Below are positions 26,321 to 34,777 of a stretch of 64,000 nucleotides of DNA, piece by piece. The position numbers and the translations under genes were made by a program. The notes under the pieces are model-generated. The model was given only the letters and a program-made list of their open reading frames with translations, did not search any database and was not told the DNA's origin. The stretch is taken from positions 44,115-108,114 of the forward strand of contig JBGPTH010000001.1 of the NCBI GenBank assembly GCA_041490525.1. Direction: 5' to 3'. Positions within the stretch are counted from its first letter, which is position 1. Every line of letters begins with the position of its first letter. This DNA is from Nitrospiria bacterium (GTDB taxonomy: Bacteria; Nitrospirota; Nitrospiria; Nitrospirales; NS-4).

Positions 26321-29300
26321 TTACCTTTTTCGCTTGTCCAAATCCATCACCATGGCCGCAATGGCGCTGTGCGCGATGCCCAGCAAGATGGTGGCTTCCT
26401 CGAGGGTCAGGACTTCCTCGGGGTGGATCATGGGGTTGCGGTGCAGGAGGCGCACCTGTTCGAGCACCGCCAGGATTTTGGGGTCGGCATCGCTCCGCTT
26501 CAGGGCTCTGAGGTACGCCCCCCAGTCCCGCGAGACAGGCTTCGGACGGGTTTTCATCACGACCGTGTAGTACTCACGAATTACCGCCTCGACAGCCCTG
26601 AGAATGTGGATCCCCGCCGCAGTGGGAATGTCGAAGGCCAGGCATCGGCCTGCCTGGCGCAGATCGGCCAGTGCCTCGCCGGGAACGTTGTTCCTCACCG
26701 ACTCCGGAAGGAGGTGCTCCGCCCGCTCGATGAGGTCGGGCGTCGAATAGATGCCCTTCCGGGGGACCAGGTAGGCGTCGAGGGCCTGGGCCTCGGCGGA
26801 CAAGATCGTCTCGAACTCCCGGATGGCGTTGGTGAGGCTGAAGGCCATCCCATGGTCCAACTCCTTCTCCTGGCCTTGGGGTTCGCGGTCCTTGGGAAGA
26901 GCCCGTAAGAGTTTCGTGATCTCGGCCAGCAGTTTAAGCCCTGCCGATTTGCTCTTGACGAGCGGGACGGTGCGGTCGTTGAGGAACGACTTCAACTCGG
27001 TTTGGGCCTGGATCAGGGGCAGGAAGACCTCCCTCAGACTCGTTCCTGTTTTGATCTCGGCCAGCGGGTGCAGCGTGGCGCCCAACCGATAAAACAGATT
27101 CTCATCGACTCGTTGCATGCCCCCCCGCATCTCCGGAATGACGGCCGGTCCCCGATGTTGGGGCAGCCCTCCGCCTGTGTCAAGGGCGGGTTCACCCAGG
27201 AGGATGCGCTCGGGGCTGACCTGGACGATGCCGATCTCAGCCATCGCCTCCGGTTTCTCCACCACGGCCAGGTAGGCCTGGTTGGCGAACGTGGAATAAA
27301 TTCTGGGGGGCACCGCGCCGCTGGCGATCAGCAACTGCGCCAGTTCCTGCTGATCGAAGGCTCGAAACACCCCTTCCCCTTCAGCCCGTTTCATTTTCCC
27401 CCACACGAACAGCAACTGCCTGGCTTCCTCGGCGACCTCCGGCCGGTCCGCTTTCTGCATAAGACCCCGATAGATCGAAAAGAACTCGGCGTGGGGTTTC
27501 AGGGTGGTGATGACCATCCGTCCTTTCGGGGAGAGCACCCGCATGAGCTCCCCCAGCGTGTACGAAGGATCTTGTACATGGCCGATGACCAGGTTGCAGA
27601 TGATCCGATCGAACTGGTGGCTGCGAAAGGGCAGGGGCATGTTGAGGTCCCCGCACACCAGCGAGGCGTCCAGGACCGACGGGGGCTTGGATTCGGCAGG
27701 GACCTTGCCGCGAATGGCGGCGGCGGTCTGCGCAAGATTGAGCCGGGTCTGGATGAGCGCGCTCGAAAGAAAGTCCATCCCCACATAGCGGAGCCGTTCA
27801 GTAGGCAGAACGGGGGCCTTCCGGTGATGATACGCTTGATTGATCAAGAGGAACATGCCGAAATTTCCATGGCCGCATCCCGCATCCAGTATCCGCCCCC
27901 CCCGCTCAAGCCCCCCTGCCACCCGATAGAGGTGGTCCAGCAGTTGCCAGTACTCGGGCACATTCGCGATGGTCTGAAAGTGGTCTAGGCAGTCTCTCCA
28001 AAACTCCATCGCGTCGGCTTTCGTCAGGCGATGGCGGGCCCTGGCGCGGTCATCCTCGATCCGGATCTGGCGGCCGATCGCCCGCTGCGAGGGCTCCAGC
28101 ATGCGCCCTCCCTGGGGCAGGCGAACCCGTTCCCGGCAGCAGGCGACGAGCTGCCGGCAGAGGGCCCGCGCCTGTCTCGAACGTTCACGGAAGGGAGGGA
28201 GCACGACCGACACGTGGGGGGCGTCGATCGCTTTGGCCCGGAGGACGGCCTGGACCTCTTTTACCGATTCCAGGCGAACCCAGGGATCACGGTCTGCCGT
28301 GAAGAAGGCGACCGGGACCGCGACCTGTTCCGCATCCCGGAGGGTCGCTCGCAAATCGGAATATCCCTCCTTGATCGCATCGCCCAGGAAGCGGTCCGCA
28401 TCCACGTTCACCCCGAGGACATTGAGCACGCCGCGCCGAACCCCGCGCAGGAAGGTGATGATTAGGTCTTCCTGGTGGGCCGCCAACAAGGTGGCCTGAA
28501 GATCCACGACCCCGGCCAGAAGGATCGCCAGGTCCACCCAGGTTGTCTGCGAGACTCTCTTCAAAGCGACCCGTCCTGCCAGCCCCCTGGCCACGAGCAC
28601 GATGGGGCTGGTCGGCCACATGCCCTTCGCATAATCGATGACGGCGCCGAGGTCCTGGTTCATCCCGCTCAAGGTCGCATTCACCGCATCGCCGTCACTG
28701 TCGCCCGGGTGATTAGTGTGGTCATAGCGCAGAACCTGAAACCCATTGCTGGCCAAGTAATACGCCAGCGCGACGTACTCCCGCTTCGTCTCTCCGAACC
28801 CGGGAGCGATGATGACGAGCGGAGTACCGGGTCCGGCCCCCTCGGGGCAGTCGTGGGAGGCATCGATGCGCTGCCCGGCGGCATTCCGACATTCCCTCTG
28901 CCCGCTGGTGACCGTGACGGGCTCAGGTTCTTCGCCCAACCCTTCCCGCGACGCCAGGAAATGCCCCACCAGGGCGACGAACCTTCTCTGGCTCTCGTAG
29001 TTGGGGTGGAGAAACCGCACTCCAAAGCAGAACATGCCGGACGAGGCAAGCCCGCCGCGGTCCTGCCGGGCCGTCGGATCGGGAGCGCTCCAGACGATTT
29101 CTCCCACGACGCTCCGGTCGCCGGCCTTCTCCGGTTCGTTCACCGCCCGGGGGACCGATTGCTCCGGCCAAGGGAGATACACGAGCACACGGCGGCCAAG
29201 CAGGTCCGGCGGCATATCCATCCGCAGGCAGACGCCGGTGACGCCCAGGTTCACGGTCAGGGCCTTGAGCGGTCCGATGTCGGGGAATGCTTCGAACGGT

Positions 29301-29914
29301 TCAAAGCTGAGGGGAACGGCCAGATTGACCCGAGGCACCAGCCGACGCTCGGGCAAGTCCGTTTCTTCCGCGCCTGGAGCCTCCGGCTGGCTGGCCTCGG
29401 GAGCGACGGTGACCGGTCCGGGAGCGACGGCGTCCGGGAGAAGGGTCGTGGTCTCGGTGGGGCTCAGGACCCCGACGATCTTGACGGTAATGGCCCGCTC
29501 TCGGAGTCCTTCCAGGAGAGAGGCGAGGATCCGGGTCTTCGTCGAATCAAGAGGTTCAAACTCCACGGCAATGCCCAGTCTTGGTTTCAGGCTGGCAGCC
29601 CCCTCCGTCCCGGGGATCTCGCGGAGACTCCGAACCCTCCCTCGAATCTCCAACACCCCCGCCTCCGTCAGGAGACCCACTTGGACGGGTTGATTGTCAG
29701 TGGCCGGTCCGGCGCCATCGAAAGCCATGAAGACCCCGCCCCCGCTGATGGTCAGCGCGGTCCCGTGCCAGGAGGTTTCACGAAGGCTCAATTGGGCCTC
29801 CAGGCGAACTTCCAGGCGAGGCCACCGACGTCGTTCGGGACGCGGTCCGGGTATTTCAATTTTCGGCATAAGCGACCATCGCGGGCACACACCAAACGTT
29901 GGGAATGAGCGCAC
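26321..29914 (-). CDS. giant multidomain protein: PilZ - PilZ - LuxD-like alpha/beta fold (no nucleophile Ser) - class I SAM methyltransferase - unknown region - HEPN-like C-terminus
   Basis: 1,197-aa ORF from GTG 29914; the first ATG at 29869 gives 'MPKIEIPGP'. PilZ-1 spans aa 26-125 ('RRWPR', 'TISGGG'). PilZ-2 spans aa 188-310 ('RLVPR', 'NLGVTG'). The alpha/beta domain spans aa 340-590 ('LVIIAPGFGETKREYVALAYYLASNGFQVLRYDH', elbow 'VARGLAGRVAL'). The methyltransferase spans aa 640-885 ('ILDAGCGHGNFG', 'YVGMDF', 'LSPKGRMVITT'). The aa 1075-1190 helical domain carries 'HRNPMIH' (Rx4H). Confidence 0.7.
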   Translation of the reverse strand: MRSFPTFGVCPRWSLMPKIEIPGPRPERRRWPRLEVRLEAQLSLRETSWHGTALTISGGGVFMAFDGAGPATDNQPVQVGLLTEAGVLEIRGRVRSLREIPGTEGAASLKPRLGIAVEFEPLDSTKTRILASLLEGLRERAITVKIVGVLSPTETTTLLPDAVAPGPVTVAPEASQPEAPGAEETDLPERRLVPRVNLAVPLSFEPFEAFPDIGPLKALTVNLGVTGVCLRMDMPPDLLGRRVLVYLPWPEQSVPRAVNEPEKAGDRSVVGEIVWSAPDPTARQDRGGLASSGMFCFGVRFLHPNYESQRRFVALVGHFLASREGLGEEPEPVTVTSGQRECRNAAGQRIDASHDCPEGAGPGTPLVIIAPGFGETKREYVALAYYLASNGFQVLRYDHTNHPGDSDGDAVNATLSGMNQDLGAVIDYAKGMWPTSPIVLVARGLAGRVALKRVSQTTWVDLAILLAGVVDLQATLLAAHQEDLIITFLRGVRRGVLNVLGVNVDADRFLGDAIKEGYSDLRATLRDAEQVAVPVAFFTADRDPWVRLESVKEVQAVLRAKAIDAPHVSVVLPPFRERSRQARALCRQLVACCRERVRLPQGGRMLEPSQRAIGRQIRIEDDRARARHRLTKADAMEFWRDCLDHFQTIANVPEYWQLLDHLYRVAGGLERGGRILDAGCGHGNFGMFLLINQAYHHRKAPVLPTERLRYVGMDFLSSALIQTRLNLAQTAAAIRGKVPAESKPPSVLDASLVCGDLNMPLPFRSHQFDRIICNLVIGHVQDPSYTLGELMRVLSPKGRMVITTLKPHAEFFSIYRGLMQKADRPEVAEEARQLLFVWGKMKRAEGEGVFRAFDQQELAQLLIASGAVPPRIYSTFANQAYLAVVEKPEAMAEIGIVQVSPERILLGEPALDTGGGLPQHRGPAVIPEMRGGMQRVDENLFYRLGATLHPLAEIKTGTSLREVFLPLIQAQTELKSFLNDRTVPLVKSKSAGLKLLAEITKLLRALPKDREPQGQEKELDHGMAFSLTNAIREFETILSAEAQALDAYLVPRKGIYSTPDLIERAEHLLPESVRNNVPGEALADLRQAGRCLAFDIPTAAGIHILRAVEAVIREYYTVVMKTRPKPVSRDWGAYLRALKRSDADPKILAVLEQVRLLHRNPMIHPEEVLTLEEATILLGIAHSAIAAMVMDLDKRKR

Positions 29915-30244
29915 TCGTTCATATCACAGAGGTCGTACCTTGTCCATGGATATCCCGGCGCCGGCCGTGTGTAAATACTTGAAAAGGTAGGACATCCTTA
30001 GGGAGCGCGCGCGAGCAACTTGTGTCGGCTCCCCAGGATAGTCCAAGAGGAGCGGCTTGCTCTTCAGGGGCCCTCTGGGACCCCGTCGTGGGAGCTCATG
30101 GTCGGAAGGAAAGTTGGGGCCTCCCGGTGAAGGAGGCCGGGCAAATCTTCGTTGGTCCCGGCCACGAGAAAATTTTACTTACATTGTATCAAGGCCGTCA
30201 CATCAGGTAGGGACAGCGGTCGGTGGTCAAATAATAATTAGGTG

Positions 30245-30273
30245 TTGCAATTCATTATGGAAAAGGATATAGT
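30245..30273 (+). promoter_or_regulatory. candidate sigma-70 promoter for the REC-HD-GYP gene, overlapped by an inverted repeat
   Basis: TTGCAA (30245-30250), 17-nt spacer, TATAGT (30268-30273), about 80 nt upstream of ATG 30352. The inverted repeat GGATA-N7-TATCC (30265-30281) overlaps the -10 element. Confidence 0.4.
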
Positions 30274-30351
30274 TTCTATCCTGAGGACTGATTTGCTTAC
30301 CCGGTCCCGTCATCTGAGGGGTCTCTCCTAACCTCTTCTAAGGAGCGGACG

Positions 30352-31389
30352 ATGATTACTGATTCCGCGAAGTTGAGCATCCCCGACGAGCGCAAAGAGT
30401 CACTGGCCCGACAAGAGTCTCCCAAGCCCACCATCCTCATCGTAGAGGATGAGGCCGGCCCGCGAGAGGCCCTCAAGATGATTCTCCGGCCCTTCTTCAA
30501 TCTCTATGCGGTGGATAACGCCGAGGTCGCCTTGCAAATGCTCAAAGAGCGGCCGATCGACCTGGTCACCCTGGACCTGAAACTCCCGGCCCTGCAAGGA
30601 ACCGACCTATTACGGGAAATCAAGCGGGAGCATGAATTTGTGGAAGTGGTCATCATCACCGGGTATGGGAGCCTGCAGTCGGCCTTGGAAGGAATCCGGT
30701 GCGGGGCGGCGGCCTACCTGCTCAAGCCCTTCAACGTCACGGAACTGATCGACGTTATCAACAAGGCGCTCGAGAAAAAAAATCATCTCGACGGCTTGCG
30801 CGACACCCTCAGGACGTTCGGGAGCCTGTGGGCCACGGAACTGGATTCGACGACGGCCTGTAAGAATCTCGGGAGACTGCTCGAGGCCAAGGACCAGGAA
30901 CTGGTCCGCCATTCCCGCCGCGTCGCTTTCTACGCCTCCCTGCTGGCGGAGCACTTGGATCTGACCTCCGAGGACCGGGTGGCCCTGCAGATCGGTGCCT
31001 TTTTGCATGACATCGGGAAGGTCGGGATCGACGACCGTATCCTGATGAACCCTAGCAAGTTGAGCGACCGGGAATCCGAACTGGTCAAATGCCACCCCGA
31101 CATCGGCGCACGCATGGTGAGCACGCTGCCCTTGCCGGAAGCGGTGGCCCGGATCATCCGCCACCACCATGAGCAGTACGACGGCTCGGGCTATCCGGAC
31201 GGGTTGCAAGGCGAGGGGATCCCCTTTCTCGCCAGGATTGTCTGCCTGGCCAACGTGTTCGATAAGCTGATCACCAACCCTCCCTCCCAAGGCGCCCTGA
31301 CCATCGAAGAAGCCAGGCAATACGTGCGGCAACAGGCCGGGATCCTGTTTGACCCGAGGCTCGCTGAGCTGTTCGCGCAGGTCGTGTGA
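30352..31389 (+). CDS. response regulator with HD-GYP c-di-GMP phosphodiesterase domain (RpfG-like)
   Basis: Receiver ('ILIVEDE', 'IDLVTLDLKLP') followed by HD-GYP ('HDIGKVGI', 'HHHEQYDGSGYPDGL'). Confidence 0.9.
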   Translation: MITDSAKLSIPDERKESLARQESPKPTILIVEDEAGPREALKMILRPFFNLYAVDNAEVALQMLKERPIDLVTLDLKLPALQGTDLLREIKREHEFVEVVIITGYGSLQSALEGIRCGAAAYLLKPFNVTELIDVINKALEKKNHLDGLRDTLRTFGSLWATELDSTTACKNLGRLLEAKDQELVRHSRRVAFYASLLAEHLDLTSEDRVALQIGAFLHDIGKVGIDDRILMNPSKLSDRESELVKCHPDIGARMVSTLPLPEAVARIIRHHHEQYDGSGYPDGLQGEGIPFLARIVCLANVFDKLITNPPSQGALTIEEARQYVRQQAGILFDPRLAELFAQVV

Positions 31390-31611
31390 TGACCACGCCG
31401 GGCGGATCGTTCGCACGATAGGGCATCGGTCGTATTGCCCGCTTAGCCCTCCGCCCTACGACATAGCACCCGCGGTTTTGTAAGGGCCTCGCGCCATTCC
31501 CACCACCCCCACCACCTCCTGTGCTGGTTTGCCGCTCCGGGGACCGTTAAGGGCCCTGGCCGGTCGTCCTGACCCCGGAGCCGATGGGGGGACCGCCCTG
31601 GGAGGGTCTGC

Positions 31612-34128
31612 ATGAAAGGCCGACACGGCGACGCGAAGCGCTCTCCCGGTCCTCGCAAGGGCCGGATGGCAAAAAGCCGAACTCCTACCAAAGACCAGCT
31701 CCTCAAAGAACTGGCCGCCCTTCGAAAGCGGATGGCGGCCCTGGCCGCGTCGGAAACCCAGCAGGCCGAAGCCGCTCTCCGGACGGCCAAGGAGGAATGG
31801 GAACAGTCCTTCAACGCGCTGACGGACGATGTCTGCATCCTCGACCTTGCGGGTCTGATCCTCAGGGCCAACAAGGCCATGCGGGACCGGTTCGAGCACC
31901 TGCACGGAAACCTCATGGGCCTGGACTATCGCCTGGTGTACTACGGCACGGAGGCCCCGGACTACCATCCTCCGTGGGAGGCGGTCCTCTCGGGCGCCAG
32001 CTCCGTCGTGGTCGAACATTGGTTTCCGAAACTGGACGGGTGGTTTCAGGTCTCCTGCTATCCCCTCTACGATGTCGGGGGGAGACAATGGGGCGCCGTC
32101 TCGGTGGTCAAGGATATTACCGAGCGCAAGCGGATCGAAGAGGCCCTGCGCGACATCGCGCAACGGGCCCCCGCAGCCGGAAGCGCGGCCTTCTTCCGGT
32201 CGCTGGTCAAGCACCTGGCGAAGGCCTTGGAGGTCGATTACGCCTTCATCGCCGAGTTCACCGGCGGCGCGGGAGAGGACGTCCGCACGGTCGCGGTCTG
32301 TGCGCACGGCGAGATCAAAGAGAACTTCGTGTATCACCTGCCGGAGACCCCGGGCGCCAAGATCGTGAGCAGCAATCTGTGCTGCTACGCCAGTGGCGTC
32401 CGCCAGCAGTTTCCCAATGACCCCCTGCTGGCCGAATGGGAAGTTGAAAGTTTTATCGGCAGCCCGCTCTTCAACTCGGCCGGCCGGTCGGTGGGATTGG
32501 TCGTGGCGATGGACTCCGCACCCTTGCGCAACCGCCAGCTCGCGGAATCCATCCTGGGCGTGTTCACCGTGCGCGCGTCGGTCGAGCTGGAGCGCAAGCG
32601 GGCGGAGGAGGCCCTGCGCGACAGCGAGGAGCGGTACCGCGCCATTGCGGAAAACACGTACGATCTGATCTCGGAGACGAGCGAGACGGGCCAGTACCTC
32701 TACCTGAGCCCGAACCACAAGGATGTGCTGGGGTACGAGCCGCGCGAACTGCAGGGGCAATCCATCTTCGAGCGCGTCCATCCGGACGACCTTCCCGGGG
32801 TCCAGACGGAATTCGAGCACGGCATGAGAACCCTGAAACCGGGCCAGGCCGAATTCCGGTTGCGCACCAAGACCGGAGAGTGGCGCTGGTTTGACGGCAC
32901 CGGCAAGGCGTTTCGGACGGCGACCGGCGAGGTTCGGGCGGTCGTCGTGTCCCGGGACATCACCGACCGCAAACAGATCGAAGAGGAGCGCCTCCGCGCC
33001 AGCAAACTGGAATCCCTCGGGGTCTTCGCCGGCGGGATCGCCCATGATTTTAACAATCTCCTCGCCGCCATCATCGGCAATATCTCCCTGGCCAAGCTGT
33101 CGGTCGAACCCGGCAATGAGTTGCACAAAAGCCTGGCGGAGGCGGAAAAAGCGTCCCTCAAAGCCAAGGGGCTCACCCAGCAACTGCTCACCTTCGCCAA
33201 GGGCGGGGCGCCGGTGAAGAGGCCGACGTCGATCGGAGACTTACTGAGAGAGTCGGCCGGCTTTGCGCTGCGAGGGTCCAATGTCCGGCCCGAATTTTCG
33301 CTGCCGGACAATCTCTGGCCGGTGGAAGTCGATGAGGGCCAGATGAGCCAGGTCATCCATAACCTGGTGCTCAACGCGCAGCAGGCCATGCCGGAGGGGG
33401 GCATCATCACGATCGGGGGCGAGAACCTCACGGTCGGCGCCGACCGGGCGGAGCAGGCGCTCCCGCTCCGGGAAGGCAAGTACGTCAAGCTCGCCATCCG
33501 GGACCAGGGCAGCGGGATCGCCAAAGAACACCTGCCCAAGATCTTTGATCCGTATTTCACCACCAAACAGAAAGGCAGCGGCCTGGGCCTGGCGACCTCC
33601 TACTCCATCATCAAGAACCACGAGGGCCACATCTCGGTCGACTCGGAGGTGGGCGTGGGTACCACCTTCGTCCTCTATCTTCCGGCCTTCCCCCTCCCGC
33701 TCCCGGCTCCGGTGGAGATCGAGGAAAAACCGCGGACCGGCCGGGGGAAGATCCTGATCATGGATGACGAGGAACCCATTCGAGACCTGCTGGTGCGGAT
33801 CATGACCCATTGCGGGTACGAGGCCGAGACGGCCCGCGACGGCGCCGAAACGATCGCCCTGTATAAACAGGCCAAAGACGCCGGGCGCCCCTTCGAAGCC
33901 GTGATCATGGATTTGACCATTCCGGGCGGGATGGGCGGCAAGGACACGATCGCCAAACTGATCGAAATCGATTCTCAGGTGAAAGCCATCGTCTCGAGCG
34001 GGTACGCCCACGATCCGGTCATGGCCAACTACAAGCAATACGGGTTCAGGGGGGTGGTCGCCAAGCCCTATAAAATCACCGAACTGAGTGAAGTGCTTGA
34101 AACCGTCATCCTGGGCCGGGCCCAATAG
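31612..34128 (+). CDS. PAS-GAF-PAS hybrid sensor histidine kinase with C-terminal receiver
   Basis: 838 aa. PAS-like repeats, a GAF-like block, the H-box 'GGIAHDFNNLLAAI', an ATPase domain ('DQGSGI', 'GSGLGL') and a receiver ('ILIMDDE', 'FEAVIMDLTIPGG'). The start could be ATG 31666 instead. Confidence 0.85.
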   Translation: MKGRHGDAKRSPGPRKGRMAKSRTPTKDQLLKELAALRKRMAALAASETQQAEAALRTAKEEWEQSFNALTDDVCILDLAGLILRANKAMRDRFEHLHGNLMGLDYRLVYYGTEAPDYHPPWEAVLSGASSVVVEHWFPKLDGWFQVSCYPLYDVGGRQWGAVSVVKDITERKRIEEALRDIAQRAPAAGSAAFFRSLVKHLAKALEVDYAFIAEFTGGAGEDVRTVAVCAHGEIKENFVYHLPETPGAKIVSSNLCCYASGVRQQFPNDPLLAEWEVESFIGSPLFNSAGRSVGLVVAMDSAPLRNRQLAESILGVFTVRASVELERKRAEEALRDSEERYRAIAENTYDLISETSETGQYLYLSPNHKDVLGYEPRELQGQSIFERVHPDDLPGVQTEFEHGMRTLKPGQAEFRLRTKTGEWRWFDGTGKAFRTATGEVRAVVVSRDITDRKQIEEERLRASKLESLGVFAGGIAHDFNNLLAAIIGNISLAKLSVEPGNELHKSLAEAEKASLKAKGLTQQLLTFAKGGAPVKRPTSIGDLLRESAGFALRGSNVRPEFSLPDNLWPVEVDEGQMSQVIHNLVLNAQQAMPEGGIITIGGENLTVGADRAEQALPLREGKYVKLAIRDQGSGIAKEHLPKIFDPYFTTKQKGSGLGLATSYSIIKNHEGHISVDSEVGVGTTFVLYLPAFPLPLPAPVEIEEKPRTGRGKILIMDDEEPIRDLLVRIMTHCGYEAETARDGAETIALYKQAKDAGRPFEAVIMDLTIPGGMGGKDTIAKLIEIDSQVKAIVSSGYAHDPVMANYKQYGFRGVVAKPYKITELSEVLETVILGRAQ

Positions 34129-34145
34129 CGCCGCGAGTCGGTCCC

Positions 34146-34751
34146 TCAGGGCTTGAGCGTCACCCTCCGCATCACATCCTGCTCCTGGATCTTCCCCAGC
34201 ACCTCCAGCCCCTCCGCGACCTGCCCAAACACGGTGTACTTTCCGTCCAGGAACGGCTGGGCCTCCAAGCACAGATAAAACTGGCTGTCCGCGCTGTCCG
34301 GATCGCGGGTGCGGGCCATGCCCACTGTTCCGGCGACGTGCTTCCGTTCATTGAATTCCGCCGGGATCGTGCGCCCGGATCCCCCTGTCCCGTCGCCTGC
34401 GGGATCGCCCCCCAGGACCAGAAACCTCGGGATCACGCGGTGGAAGAGCAGGCCGTTGTAAAAACCCTTCTTCACCAGTTCGGTGAATCGGGCCACGGTC
34501 TTCGGCGCGACATCCGGGAACAGCTCGATGGTGATCTTGCCGCGGTCGGTCTCGATGAGGACTTGCGGGGAGGGTTTCGCCTGAGGGGTTCCGGAAGAGG
34601 ATCCGCCCTTCTCAGGTTTCGGGAGCGGGGCGGCGGGGAGCGGGGGGTTCTCGGCCGGCATCGCGGTTCGGGCCGACCACGGGCTCAGCACGGCCGCCAG
34701 CAGCACCAGGCAGGCCAGGCCGGTGAACCGGCTGCGCCGTGGCGGGGTCAT
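34146..34751 (-). CDS. peptidyl-prolyl cis-trans isomerase, cyclophilin type (secreted)
   Basis: Signal peptide 'GLACLVLLAAVLSPWSA'. 'FHRVIPRFLVLGGDP' and 'VGMARTRDPDSADSQFYLC' are cyclophilin motifs. Confidence 0.9.
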   Translation of the reverse strand: MTPPRRSRFTGLACLVLLAAVLSPWSARTAMPAENPPLPAAPLPKPEKGGSSSGTPQAKPSPQVLIETDRGKITIELFPDVAPKTVARFTELVKKGFYNGLLFHRVIPRFLVLGGDPAGDGTGGSGRTIPAEFNERKHVAGTVGMARTRDPDSADSQFYLCLEAQPFLDGKYTVFGQVAEGLEVLGKIQEQDVMRRVTLKP

Positions 34752-34777
34752 GGCTCGCCTCCGGCGTCCCCTGCCCC

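Noticed and set aside
30022-30272. Two overlapping small ORFs (62 and 71 aa) in the divergent intergenic region
   Set aside because: They have no ribosome-binding site or family resemblance and overlap the candidate promoter. They are treated as non-coding. A small RNA or peptide cannot be excluded without expression data.
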